From Alphaproteobacteria bacterium (GTDB taxonomy: Bacteria; Pseudomonadota; Alphaproteobacteria; SHVV01), in the NCBI GenBank assembly GCA_965261735.1, contig OZ253470.1:288001-352000 (forward strand): DNA of 64,000 nt, read 5' to 3'. Under the pieces are notes generated by a model. It was not told the origin of the DNA. It searched no databases and was given only the letters and a program-made list of their open reading frames with translations. Within the stretch, counting starts at the first letter, position 1. Every line of letters begins with the position of its first letter. Made by a program: the position numbers and the translations under genes. Positions 41,296-51,346 of the stretch are shown one piece after another.

Positions 41296-42528
41296 TCATT
41301 GGGTGCGGGGCGGTACAGTGGATTGTACGGGACCGCTTGGATCCACAGCCTGGCCATCTGCCAGGATATCGTCACCGATGCTGTCGGCGATCCTGGAACC
41401 CGAGGTCTTGACGGATTCATTTGCCAGATGAGCGTAGCGGGCGGTTGTCTGCACCTGTGTGTGACCCAATAGCCTGCCAATCATGGGCAGGCTTTCGCCG
41501 AGCGCCAGGGCACGAGACGCAAAAGAATGGCGCAAGTCATGAATTCGGACGTCGTCAAGCCCAGCGCGCTCGCGGATGCGCCGCCAGGGATGTTGCAGGT
41601 CGGTAAGATGAGCACCCGGCTTCCTGCCAACGATGACCCAAGGGTTGTTGGAATCGCGGGGCAGGGCGGAGAGCACGCTTGCCGACGCCCTTGATAGTGG
41701 CACCATCCGTGCGCCAGTTTTGCTGTCGGGCAACCGCAACTCTCCCGCTTCCAGATCGACATCCTCCCAGCGCAGCGTCTGGATCTCGTTGAGACGGCAG
41801 CCTGTGAGCATGAGCAGACGGATGGCGGTCACCGCAGAGAGCGATTCCGAACCCTCGGCCTCTACCTCGTTCAGCACCTGGCCCAGGCAGCGGAACTCTT
41901 CCTCGGTGAGAAACCGCTCGCGTTTCTGTTCCTTGTATTTCTGGACGAACCGGCAGGGATTGCCGCCGTCACGCCGCAGACCCCACGCTTCGGCGAGATT
42001 GAACATCTTTCTGACCACCTCGAGGATGCGGTTCGCCTGATAGGGTGTCTCCCTGTGCTGGTAATGCAGCGCCGCGATATGCTCACGCTCGACCTCGTTG
42101 ATGGCCAGTTTACCTAGTTCCGGCAGCACGAATTTCACCACCAACCAGCGATAGGCCTCCTTCGTCCGAGGCTTGCAATGAACCTCGGCATGCTCCTTCA
42201 GATAGCGCTCCGCCAGATCCGCGACAGTAAGCTCGGCCACCGAAACGGATGGAGTGGGCGAGGGGTCTTCTCCTGCCTTGATGCGTGCAATGATCATGGC
42301 CGCCTTGCGGCGTGCCTGATCGGCAGAGATCACTCCGTGCCGCCCGAGGGTGACGCGTTTTGACTTTCCCAGCGCGCGGGTCTGCACGACATAGACCTTG
42401 GCGCCGGAGGGATAGACCCGGACCCCGAAGCCCTTGAGTTCGCGATCCCAGAACACGGTATCCTTGTCCCCAACGGAGAGCCCATCCACCGTGCGCTTGG
42501 AGATTGACCGATATTCCAATCGGGCCAT
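41296..42528 (-). CDS. Tyrosine integrase with an N-terminal arm-binding domain
   Basis: 'FWDRELKGFGVRV' arm domain. Catalytic R (TGCR), K (DSKTG), HDLRH, LLGH and Y (TARY) are intact. Confidence 0.93.
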   Translation of the reverse strand: MARLEYRSISKRTVDGLSVGDKDTVFWDRELKGFGVRVYPSGAKVYVVQTRALGKSKRVTLGRHGVISADQARRKAAMIIARIKAGEDPSPTPSVSVAELTVADLAERYLKEHAEVHCKPRTKEAYRWLVVKFVLPELGKLAINEVEREHIAALHYQHRETPYQANRILEVVRKMFNLAEAWGLRRDGGNPCRFVQKYKEQKRERFLTEEEFRCLGQVLNEVEAEGSESLSAVTAIRLLMLTGCRLNEIQTLRWEDVDLEAGELRLPDSKTGARMVPLSRASASVLSALPRDSNNPWVIVGRKPGAHLTDLQHPWRRIRERAGLDDVRIHDLRHSFASRALALGESLPMIGRLLGHTQVQTTARYAHLANESVKTSGSRIADSIGDDILADGQAVDPSGPVQSTVPPRTQ

Positions 42529-42574
42529 GAATAGCTCTTTTCTCGCACTGTTTGACAAGAACCCTACATCGCTT

Positions 42575-42596
42575 TACCGTAAGCGTACCGCAAGCG
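42575..42596. repeat. Tandem 11-bp direct repeat TACCG(T/C)AAGCG, candidate integrase arm-type sites
   Basis: taccgtaagcg-taccgcaagcg lies between the integrase start and the att core. Confidence 0.55.
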
Positions 42597-42758
42597 AGTG
42601 AAGGTAAACTGCTGCGCATTAGAGCGTATCTCTGGCGATGACTCAAGTGTGATGTTAGATCTTGAAGTCACAGAAAAACGGGAGTTTATGGTAGCCTAGA
42701 GCATGTGAGCGCATCCCAGCGCAGTAGAGGCGGGTTCCGGCCCAGAAGGTATCATTCC

Positions 42759-42805
42759 GGCTCATAACCTGAAGGTCGTTGGTTCAAATCCAACCCCCGC
42801 AACCA
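42759..42805 (+). mobile_element. ICE attachment site: duplicated 3' half of tRNA-fMet (CAT)
   Basis: GGCTCATAACCTGAAGGTCGTTGGTTCAAATCCAACCCCCGCAACCA is the anticodon arm through CCA. The 5' half of the tRNA (CGCGGGGTGGAGCAG…) is absent. Confidence 0.88.
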
Positions 42806-42809
42806 AATA

Positions 42810-42842
42810 AAACGCCGCTAAGACAGCATCTTAGCGGCGTTT
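42810..42842 (+). terminator. Intrinsic terminator hairpin after the tRNA 3' fragment
   Basis: 14-bp stem AAACGCCGCTAAGA / TCTTAGCGGCGTTT with a 5-nt loop. Confidence 0.8.
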
Positions 42843-42982
42843 CCGTTTCCAGAAAACCTCTTCCAAAACACGATTCGGAATGTCCTCGGAATGGTTTTTA
42901 AGAGAGCTCCAGGCATCTCCTGACCTCCCGTGACCCATAATCGTTCGTTCAGGCCGTGGAAATTTCGTAAATGTTCCGTCAG

Positions 42983-43203
42983 CAGTTCCCGATAGGCGAG
43001 CAGACCGGCGTCCGACGTGACCCGTGAACCGTGGAACTCCAGCTTCAGGCGACGGTCGAAACAAGGCCGCAGAGGCCGCCCATCCGATTCACCCTCCGGG
43101 TTCCGCATGCGATCCACCCTCTATCTAGCCTAAACCTATGATTCTTATAACAGAATCAAGCGGAAACGGCATCAGATAGATGAGCTACCTGGGAAATGCG
43201 GGG
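42983..43203 (-). mobile_element. IS1380-family relic (left end + first ~40 codons)
   Basis: 'GES…FDRRLKLEFHGSRVTSDAGLLAYREL' is the IS1380 transposase N-terminus; end sequence CCCCGCATTTCCCAG. Confidence 0.75.
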
Positions 43204-43412
43204 TTGGATACCTGTTTGCAGCTGCACAGCGCATTGGCGCGACAGGATGGGCGCGCCAGGAGCTGGCCAGACTGGGGCAAGAGCCTTGCAGTCCTGGGCG
43301 CGAATTGTTCCAGGATACGGTGCGGGCGGCACTGTTCCGCCACGATGGAATTAGCTCCTCCGGCTGACCAGCGCCAGCCGTTCCGCACAGGCACTGAGCT
43401 GCCAGCCTTGCT

Positions 43413-44918
43413 TCAAGACTTCGCAAACGTGCCGTGTAGTCCAAGAGGCAGGGGATAGGGCAGAATGCCTTGCCATACCGGACCCTCGGAGATGTGCTTG
43501 GCATCGAACACGTTGAGTCCCGTGGCTTCGCGCCCGACATCGAGGTACGGACCAATCAGCCAACCGTCTCCCTCGGCCTCGCCGCGGGGCACGAACACGT
43601 GCTCCTCGGGAATTTGATCTCGCGGGTACGTCCAACCATCGCTCGCGCCCTGTTCGGGATCGATGCTGGCAATCCGCCGGAACGGCCAGCCGTCTTCCGA
43701 ACCGCTGCCACTGAGAGCGAAGGTCTTCCGGTGGCGCTGTCCCGTACGGCGTGGATCTATGCGGGGGAACTCGGCGGCGCCTGGCATCGATAGCTCCATC
43801 GCTGCGTCTCCTCTCGGCGAGAGGACAACGCTGCCGTAGCGTGGATGTGTCGAGGCGAATCTTATTTCTCCGCGCATGACTGCCCGCAGGTCCTCGGTAA
43901 CGAAATCCGGATTCGGCGCCTGGCACAGATCGAGCCGGATCGTCCCGTCCGGCTCCTCCCACCCATTTCCATGATGAAAATGAAATCCAGGGGGCAATTC
44001 GTGGCGGCGCACCGGTTCAAGCGTGTCCTTGTCGATCGTCAGTACACGAGTGCCAAGACCGGGTCGCCAGACATGAGCGTCGAGGAAACTGATATGGCCC
44101 GACGACCAGCGCTCGGGTTCGACCACGAATGGCGTCAACAGAACAACGAGATGGCGCCCGGTCACCACGAAGTCGTGCACCATTCCCAATGGCCCCGCAT
44201 CGACCAGGTTCGCTTTGATCAGCTGCCCGCTCCGGTCGATGCGATAGAACAGCAACGCCGGCCGAGGCTGCGTCACGAAGCCGATATTCCACAGAGTCCC
44301 ATCCTTCTCGACCTTCGGATGGGCCGAGAACGGCAGGCCGGCCAGGTCAGGATGCCAGACCACGAACCGTCCGGCATCGAGAGTTTCCGGATCGACCGCC
44401 AGGGCGGAGCCGCCCTCCCACAAGGCCATCAGCCGCCCCGCATGGACGAGCATGGCGGTATTCGCAACGTTCATGTCGTCAGGTCCCATCAACGGTCCGG
44501 ACCCTGGGGTTGCGAAGGCGGGCATGATGCGCTTGCCCGCCCGGGTCTCCCGCCGGCGCTTCGGCGTGTCGAGGACCCGCGCACGGTGAGTTACCTTGTC
44601 TCCCGACAAGGCGAACGCCTGCACCATCCCGTCGCCATCGAACCAATGTCCGTAGCGATGGCCGAAGCGCTCGTGCTCCGCTGGACCGTTCCGCCACAGC
44701 ACGCCTGTGAGGCCGGAAGGGAGGTAGCCTCTCAACGTCGTCATCGGGGCGTTGAACACTTCCGCCCGGGCGGTCGCAAAGCCCATCAGTTGCGGCTTCC
44801 GGGCCAAACCTGCGGAAAATTCCTCTCTGGTTCCGGCCACGGCCCCTGCCACGACCACGGCCGGCAGGCTGGCGAGTGCACCCAGCATTGCCCGGCGTGA
44901 CAGCTCGTTCTTCGTCAT
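43413..44918 (-). CDS. Carotenoid cleavage oxygenase (RPE65 family) with a Tat signal
   Basis: 'SRRAML' twin-Arg; 'RNGP', 'HWFDGDGM'; four Fe-ligand His (SAHPK, MVHDF, FHHGN, GLHG). Confidence 0.9.
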   Translation of the reverse strand: MTKNELSRRAMLGALASLPAVVVAGAVAGTREEFSAGLARKPQLMGFATARAEVFNAPMTTLRGYLPSGLTGVLWRNGPAEHERFGHRYGHWFDGDGMVQAFALSGDKVTHRARVLDTPKRRRETRAGKRIMPAFATPGSGPLMGPDDMNVANTAMLVHAGRLMALWEGGSALAVDPETLDAGRFVVWHPDLAGLPFSAHPKVEKDGTLWNIGFVTQPRPALLFYRIDRSGQLIKANLVDAGPLGMVHDFVVTGRHLVVLLTPFVVEPERWSSGHISFLDAHVWRPGLGTRVLTIDKDTLEPVRRHELPPGFHFHHGNGWEEPDGTIRLDLCQAPNPDFVTEDLRAVMRGEIRFASTHPRYGSVVLSPRGDAAMELSMPGAAEFPRIDPRRTGQRHRKTFALSGSGSEDGWPFRRIASIDPEQGASDGWTYPRDQIPEEHVFVPRGEAEGDGWLIGPYLDVGREATGLNVFDAKHISEGPVWQGILPYPLPLGLHGTFAKS

Positions 44919-44919
44919 G

Positions 44920-45399
44920 TCAGGACCCCGGATAGGCAATCGGCACGACAACGGAAATCCGCTCTTCGCCCGAACCAATGGTCAGAGCGGCGTCATCGAA
45001 TGACGGCGGTCCCATGAAGCCGCGGGCACCGTTGGAGAAACCGTAGCCTTCGGTGGGAATGCGCAGGATGTTCCGCCCCAACTCTCCGTCGCCATCGGCG
45101 TCGTGGAACGCCGCCACGGCGTAATCTCCCGGAGACAGGCCGGTGAAGACGACGCGGACACCGTTTGGGTCGGCCGCCTGGGATATCTTGGCAACGGCAC
45201 TGTCCTCGTCTGGAAACGAGCCATTCGGGACGCGCCGGTGGAGGCCAACACGCGCTTGGCCCTCTGCCGAGCGCAGGCCCTCTATGGATACCTCGAGGTC
45301 AGCGGAGTTCGCATTCGCCGCAAGGAACACAGCCGCGCCCGCGAGGACAATGGTTGCAAAAATATTCACGGTAGTAGTCATCTGAAACTTGATCCTCAT
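44920..45399 (-). CDS. DUF2141 family exported protein
   Basis: 'PGDYAVAAFHDADGDGEL…IPTEGYGFSN…GPPSF'. Confidence 0.88.
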   Translation of the reverse strand: MRIKFQMTTTVNIFATIVLAGAAVFLAANANSADLEVSIEGLRSAEGQARVGLHRRVPNGSFPDEDSAVAKISQAADPNGVRVVFTGLSPGDYAVAAFHDADGDGELGRNILRIPTEGYGFSNGARGFMGPPSFDDAALTIGSGEERISVVVPIAYPGS

Positions 45400-45491
45400 G
45401 GCTGGTTGTTACGTGACATGCAGGCGAGGTTGATCGCACGGACGTTGCAAGTCATCGTCGATTACGCAAATGCCAGGGATTTATTCGTCAG

Positions 45492-46292
45492 ATGCAGGAA
45501 TTACCGTTCACGTATCGTGAACTGCTGGGAACGCGGTCGCTTGCGGTTCAGGGGGCGGTGCTGGCGTGCCTCATCGCGCTGTTCGCGTTCATCGGCCCCT
45601 TCGGCACCTACGATTCGATCGGACCGCTCGGCCGCATCGGCTACTGGGTGCTCACGATGGGCGCCAATTGGCTTGTATGCGCCAGCGTCATGATGCTGAC
45701 GCTTCGTGTCACATCCAGCGCACCGATGCGGACACGCCTGCTGGCGATGGCGGGGGCGGCACTCGCGGCGGCTGTCCCCGGTACCGGCGTCGTTCATACC
45801 GCCGAGGTCTTGTTCAGGCCGGACTATGAGGGGCACAACGCCCTGCCGACGATCTATCTTGGCGTGGCAGTGCTGATGCTGGCGATCAGTGCTCTGGTCG
45901 TCTCCGTTCTAGCCGGACGTCAGCGCGATCTACAGGGCAAGGAAGCGGCGTCCGGCGGAGATGAAGCCGCGAGCCGGACGGCAGACTATTTCCTGGACCG
46001 TCTGCCGCCGGAACTTGGCCGCGACCTCGTCTATCTCAGGATGGCGGACCACTATGTGGAGGCGTTCACGACATCCGGTTCGACACTGGTCCTGATGCGT
46101 TTTGCCGATGCCGTTGCCGCATTGGAGGGCGCCGGCGGATTGCGTGTACACCGCTCCTACTGGGTGGCCAAGAAGCATGTGACCGGTACGGCTCGCCGCA
46201 ACGCCCGGACCACGCTACGCCTTACCGGCGGTTACGAAGCGCCGGTCAGTCGCGGCTATCTTCCAGCCGTCCGTCGGGCCGGACTGATGTGA
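45492..46292 (+). CDS. Membrane-anchored LytTR-family regulator
   Basis: Four TM segments followed by 'MADHYVE…GLRVHRSYWVA…PVSR'. Confidence 0.88.
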   Translation: MQELPFTYRELLGTRSLAVQGAVLACLIALFAFIGPFGTYDSIGPLGRIGYWVLTMGANWLVCASVMMLTLRVTSSAPMRTRLLAMAGAALAAAVPGTGVVHTAEVLFRPDYEGHNALPTIYLGVAVLMLAISALVVSVLAGRQRDLQGKEAASGGDEAASRTADYFLDRLPPELGRDLVYLRMADHYVEAFTTSGSTLVLMRFADAVAALEGAGGLRVHRSYWVAKKHVTGTARRNARTTLRLTGGYEAPVSRGYLPAVRRAGLM

Positions 46293-46533
46293 ACGGCCTC
46301 TGTGACTTGGTGGGAGGGTCCGACAGGCGCTCTATATTACAAGAGAACCTTCGGGCGGGCAGAACATGACAGTGCGGCGTCTCTTTTCCGTTGATGTCTC
46401 GGCGCCTCGATTGGCGCGTCTTTACAACGCGTATGAACCAAGACTGACCGGCTTCACGCCTTGCGCGGCAGGAACAACATCGGCGCGAAATAGGCGGTAA
46501 ACAGCGTGAAGGCGACAAACCAACTGCCGGCGG

Positions 46534-46770
46534 TTGCCTGAGCCGGTAGCTCTCGCCGTTCATCTCCAGGATATGGACATGGTGGGTGATGCGGTCGAGC
46601 AGCGCGCCGGTGAGGCGCTCGCTGGCGAAGACCGTTGTCCATTCCTGGAAGGGCAGATTTGAGGTCACGATTGTGGCGCCGTTTTCGTAGCGCCGGCTGA
46701 AGACGTCGAACAGCAGTTCGCTTCCAGTCTGCGAGAGGGGCGCGTAGCCGAGCTCGTCGACGATCAGGAG
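46534..46770 (-). pseudogene. istB: IS21 IstB ATPase C-terminal fragment
   Basis: 'LLIVDELGY…TSNLPFQEW…ALLDRITHH…GESYR'. Confidence 0.85.
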
Positions 46771-46809
46771 AAACAACGGCGGATGCGAAGCGATGCCCGA
46801 GCAGGCTAG

Positions 46810-47655
46810 TCAGTCCTCGAAATCGTATTCCTGAAATGTGTGCAGCAGCTTAAAGCCGACGCGTTGATAAAGCCGATTGGCCGGCGCACTGTCGACGTCG
46901 GCGAATAGTAAGCAGTAGGGCCAGCCCTTTTCATCCCTGAGCACGCGGCAGACGTAACACACGCACGCGCTCGCGTAGCCGTGCCCACGAGAACCCGGCG
47001 GTGCGTACACCGCACGAATCCGCCCGGGCGCCAATTCCGCGGGTGTGTGGGACACCATGGCGCGGCAGTCGCCACGGTCCTCCCAGACATAGACGGTCCC
47101 GGCTTCCAGAAACGCCGCCGCCTCGTCGCGGATTGCTTCGCGCTGATGCGCGGGCAAGCCGACTGTCTCAGCGAAGTCCCGAAACCAATCCAGCACGAGT
47201 TCACGATCGCTTTCGTCGGCGAGCCGTCCCCGTCCAGCCGCCCGTGACCGCGAAGGTGTGACTGCGTCAAGCGAATACAAGCGAAGCGTCTTGGCCTTGC
47301 GCACGACAACGTTTACGCGCCTGGACCAGCCATCCGCAAACCGCGATGACAGCGTTTCAAGCCCGACGACGCCAGGAAGCGATTCGCCGTGAGCGCTTAG
47401 CCAATCAAGCAGCGCGGCGACAGCCGCTTCCTCACTCGCCGCGAGAAACAGCCGAAACGGCGGCGTTTGCATGGCCGCTCCGATCACGGCGCCGCCCTCA
47501 TCCATGACGTAAAACCGCGCCCTATGACCGAACGTGCCGCGCAACCGGTCGACGACGGAGAGAATGATGGTGTTTCGCCGCGGCGCCTGCAGCAGGAAGG
47601 TGCGCGCAAGCTCTAGAAACCGATCGGCGTCGTCGAAAGAGGTGACCTGGGTCAT
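46810..47655 (-). CDS. GNAT family acetyltransferase
   Basis: 'RIRAVYAPPGSRGHGYAS…LFADVDSAPANRLYQRVGF'. Confidence 0.88.
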   Translation of the reverse strand: MTQVTSFDDADRFLELARTFLLQAPRRNTIILSVVDRLRGTFGHRARFYVMDEGGAVIGAAMQTPPFRLFLAASEEAAVAALLDWLSAHGESLPGVVGLETLSSRFADGWSRRVNVVVRKAKTLRLYSLDAVTPSRSRAAGRGRLADESDRELVLDWFRDFAETVGLPAHQREAIRDEAAAFLEAGTVYVWEDRGDCRAMVSHTPAELAPGRIRAVYAPPGSRGHGYASACVCYVCRVLRDEKGWPYCLLFADVDSAPANRLYQRVGFKLLHTFQEYDFED

Positions 47656-47745
47656 GGCCGAGCCAGCCAATCGGCCATCAAACCGGTGACCGCCTCGGGT
47701 TCCTCCATGGTCGAGAGATGGCCGCAGCGGGGCAGCAAATTGAAG

Positions 47746-47877
47746 GGCTTTGTCAAGTTAACCGTATTCACTTCGAAATCTCGGTAAATTTTCGGTGGCT
47801 CTATTATGCAATTGCAATGGCTTCGCCTCATGGAAAAATGGCGAAAACAGTCTACGATCAGTTAACTTGACAATGCT
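47746..47877 (+). mobile_element. 132-bp MITE, copy 1 (TIR GGCTTTGTCAAGTTAAC)
   Basis: Terminal inverted repeats; homologous to 50842-50973 in the opposite orientation. Confidence 0.8.
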
Positions 47878-48192
47878 CGGATCGGGCCTGCCGCTGATCT
47901 CGTTCGACGTTCTCGACACTGCCATCTCAGCCGAGACGGCTCTATATGCCTGAGCTAGACTATCTCGACCACGGGCGCGTCATCTTGCCGACGAACGCGG
48001 ACCCGGCGATCGTGCAAGTGGAGGGCTATGAGCGGTTGTATCTCGGCCTCGATCTTGGCCGGCGCGACCCGACGGTGCCGAACGCCCTGACCAAGCGGCT
48101 GGTCAACCACGCCCCACCCAACGATTTCACGGAAGGCTACGCCGCCGACTGGACCATCGGGCAATTACGCGACCCCGCGCAGAGAATCGCCG

Positions 48193-48230
48193 ACCGTATC
48201 GAGGCATTGATACCGTATCGAGGCATTGAT
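48193..48230. repeat. 19-bp perfect tandem duplication ACCGTATCGAGGCATTGAT
   Basis: Read directly; lies inside a decayed ORF. Confidence 0.9.
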
Positions 48231-48319
48231 GATGAACGACCACGCACCCGCGACGGAGACGTCATAGCACTCCTGCCGACGAGTCGACCAGACCAAGTGC
48301 GGACCCCGGCCGTGAATAC

Positions 48320-48410
48320 AGGCTTGCGCATGGTTGGCCTCGCGCCCTCGGCTTCGACGGTGAAGCCGCTTGTGGCGGAAGCGGGGATCGAATCGGAAAT
48401 CCTATACAGC
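48320..48410 (+). pseudogene. Fragment of a TraA/TrwC-type relaxase-helicase
   Basis: 'GLAPSASTVKPLVAEAGIESEIL' resembles helicase motif Ia of MobF relaxases. Confidence 0.45.
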
Positions 48411-48676
48411 GGTTCCTGGCGCGTAGCGCCGGTATCGCCGCATGGCCGCTCACGAACCGGGGTGCCCGCAGATATGACGGGGCCGATGAGGGCTTGACGC
48501 TCATACATCGCGACCCGGACACCCACAGGCGGCTCGTCAGGCCCGTCCTGCTCGCGGGCCCGACCCATGATGCGGATAGATATGTCGAAGAAGCGTTCAA
48601 TCTCTCTAACGATTCGCAAGTGGCTGATCGCTAGACGCTGAATGTTGGACGAACCGAAGTGCGAAGACGGCGTGGA

Positions 48677-49110
48677 CTAGGCGTCATGGCGGGCTGCCCA
48701 TTCATCTTCCTCAGTACGGATCCCCTCGCTCGCGGCAGCAAGCGCGCGCAGGGTCGCCTTGGCCCAACGTCGTACCCTCGCGGATGGATGCTCGTCACGC
48801 AGCATTGACAGAGGTGCCTCGTAGAGCGCGAAGTATCCCGTTGGTGAGCCCCAGCCGCAGTACGAGTGGATGTTGCTTCCAACAGCTTGAAGCACGTCTT
48901 CACGGTCCCCGAACTCTTCGAGCAATCGAGCCACGCACGGGTGCAGGGAGTGCTCTTGAGCATCCCGGTTGTAGGTCGTGAGTACGGGCACCACCGTTGC
49001 CGTGAACGCCGGGGCACCGTCGGGATGAGCTCGGCACCACTCGAACAGGACGTCCTCCGGAAGACTGAGAATGGCAGCGTCGTGACGTTCATCGGACGAC
49101 AGGCGGCTCC
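48677..49110 (-). pseudogene. C-terminal fragment of a large hypothetical protein, cut by IS630
   Basis: Codon-like frame 'LHPCVARLLEEFGDREDVL…VRRWAK' runs up to the IS630 boundary (CTAG at 49111). Confidence 0.45.
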
Positions 49111-49722
49111 CTAGCAGATAGCCGAGACGCCAACCCCGAACGCGGTCCGAAAGGATTGTCTGGCCGACGATGGGCCATGATCCAGGCGCTCGACCGCACC
49201 CAACCCGGCTTGCCGATGAAGAAGGGCCGCGCCGGTACGATGACCTATGATTACAAACGGCATGGCACGACGACGCTGTTCGCCGCGCTCAACGTGCTGG
49301 ACGGTACGGTCATCGCACAGAACATGCAGCGCCACCGCCATCAGGAGTTCATCCGCTTCCTCAACCGCATCGAGCGCGAGGTGCCGACGGACAAGGCCGT
49401 CCACGTCATCCTCGACAACTACGCCGCGCACAAGAAGGACAAGGTCCGCGCCTGGCTCGCCCGCCATCCACGCTGGACCTTCCACTTCACGCCAACCTCG
49501 TGCTCGTGGCTCAATGCCGTCGAGGGCTTCTTCGCCAAACTAACGCGGCGCAGGCTCAAATACGGCGTCTTCCAATCCGTCGTCGACCTTCAGGCCGCCA
49601 TCAACCGATTTGTCCGCGAATACAATGACGCAAACCCAAAACCCTTCATCTGGAAAGCCGACCCCGATCATATCATCGCCGCACGAAACAGAGGGTTCCA
49701 AACGTTGGAATCAATCCACTAG
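49111..49722 (+). mobile_element. IS630-family element with an internal deletion
   Basis: '[12 protein letters not shown]…YKRHGT…ILDNYAAHK…[10 protein letters not shown]…PKPFIW'. The N-terminal HTH and first catalytic Asp (DEK) are missing. Bounded by CTAG. Confidence 0.85.
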
Positions 49723-49843
49723 CACCGCTTAGCTGACGAACGCCGCTATGCGGCGCAATCGGGCTTGACCGGTGATCGTACTACTATCTGACTTCCGATT
49801 TGACTATGGTACACGGCCTAGGATTCAGACATGAGATACCTCC

Positions 49844-50794
49844 TTGACCAATACGGACTATCTGGACTTCGGCAGCCTGTTTTCCGACGCCGACTCCAAA
49901 TTCACGCGATCCGCGGGACTCGACGATTTAAGGGCTAGCTTCTCCGATGTCCTGATCACGAGCGCCATCGCCAAATGTCTGGACTTCAACAAATTTGCCC
50001 AGGAAACCGACTCGCAAACCGACTCGCACACGCCTGCATTCTTCCTGGTGGCCAACGTGCGCGCGATGTGTGAAGAGCTCATCTACTGCTCGCTGTTCAG
50101 GCTTGTTGGCCAACAGAGTTCGGATGAACTGGTGAAGAGGCTAAATCACCATGCCCTGCTAAGAAACGTCCACACGCAGTCGAGGTTCTTCGCGCTGAAC
50201 AACCAGCAGCAACCGACATTCGGCAGTTTAGCGGAATCGACCGAACAGGAGGCCGCCATTGAGCAGGCGTCCGCAGCCGTTAACGACGTTTGGAAGCGAC
50301 TTGGCGTGATTGAAGCAAGTGATCGCCGCCCACCCTCCATCTGGCGACTCTCGCGTAAGGTGGGGCTTGAAACGACGTACGACTACGCTTACCACCTCAC
50401 ATCCAACTTCGTCCACTTCAATCCAGGTCAGCTCTTGCGGACCGGATGGGGTCCGATGGAAGGCCCCTTCTCGTTCTGTGTTGACAATTTCGAAGGCTAC
50501 TTCTCGAACCTTGCCCGATTTCTAGGTGCGCTCGTTTTCCTGGGATACTGCCGCCTGGCCTCCGACAAATTCGAGCCTGACGCGGCCAATCGGTACGTCG
50601 ACGCCATAACCATTCAGCTGCAAGGCAAGTTCAGGTGGCCGGAGATCACCACCTACGAAGAAATGAACCAGACCTGGCCCAACAGTATCATCTTGCGTTC
50701 CCTCATGACGGTAATGAGGCAGGAGGACCCGAACGCGATGTCGAACGTTCTCTGCGAACTGCGGGGACTAGCCAGCCTCAGCGCGGTGTCCTGA
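49844..50794 (+). CDS. Hypothetical protein, DUF5677/HEPN-like
   Basis: Long intact ORF; 'RAMCE' and 'YHLTSNFVH' motifs. Confidence 0.6.
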   Translation: MTNTDYLDFGSLFSDADSKFTRSAGLDDLRASFSDVLITSAIAKCLDFNKFAQETDSQTDSHTPAFFLVANVRAMCEELIYCSLFRLVGQQSSDELVKRLNHHALLRNVHTQSRFFALNNQQQPTFGSLAESTEQEAAIEQASAAVNDVWKRLGVIEASDRRPPSIWRLSRKVGLETTYDYAYHLTSNFVHFNPGQLLRTGWGPMEGPFSFCVDNFEGYFSNLARFLGALVFLGYCRLASDKFEPDAANRYVDAITIQLQGKFRWPEITTYEEMNQTWPNSIILRSLMTVMRQEDPNAMSNVLCELRGLASLSAVS

Positions 50795-50841
50795 GACTCG
50801 GTCGAGTACCGAAGCCGTCAGGCCGTCGAACGAGCCGCGCA

Positions 50842-50973
50842 GGCATTGTCAAGTTAACTGATTGTAGCCTGATTTCGGCATTTCTCCATGAGGCTAAGCC
50901 ATTGAAATTGCGTAAAGCAGCCATCGACGATTTCCCGAGATTTGGGAGTGAATCTGGTTAACTTGACAAAGCC
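50842..50973 (-). mobile_element. 132-bp MITE, copy 2
   Basis: GGCATTGTCAAGTTAAC…GTTAACTTGACAAAGCC; its reverse complement aligns with copy 1 over the full length. Confidence 0.82.
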
Positions 50974-51346
50974 GTCGAGCCAGTTCGATCAGCCGCCCAA
51001 GAAATTGCCGGGCAAAGACGTCGAGCATCGGGTACCGGGACAGTGCGCGAATATCGCTCGGCGGCAACGGCGTACCCAAGCGGCGCCGGCGTTGCAGCAT
51101 CTCAAGGAAGACCTGCCGCGTTCGTTCCTGCTGGGGATCGTCGTCGAGATCGATCTTCGGCAGAATCTCCAGGACGGTACCGCTGCTCGTGCTGACGATT
51201 CCCACATAGTCGCTGGCGGCGAGATCGCCATCGCGACGTTTGAGCACTTTCCGGGCGAACCCTTGGAGTTCCGCGATGTCCTTGGCCGAGATGGTCGGTC
51301 CTGGCTTCAGCGTGTCGTGATCCCAGACCGTATGGACCGACGCCAT
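50974..51346 (-). pseudogene. mcrC: McrC-family protein N-terminal fragment truncated by the MITE
   Basis: 'DYVGIV…GTVLEILPKID…FLEML…PMLDVFARQF'; the frame runs into the MITE TIR. Confidence 0.7.

Noticed and set aside
42759-42805. Functional tRNA-Met gene
   Set aside because: Only the anticodon arm to CCA is present. Upstream bases cannot form the acceptor or D arms, so it is treated as an att site.
42930-42982. Tn3-like terminal inverted repeat
   Set aside because: Only vague resemblance (ACGAAATTTCCACG); no GGGG end and no partner repeat found.
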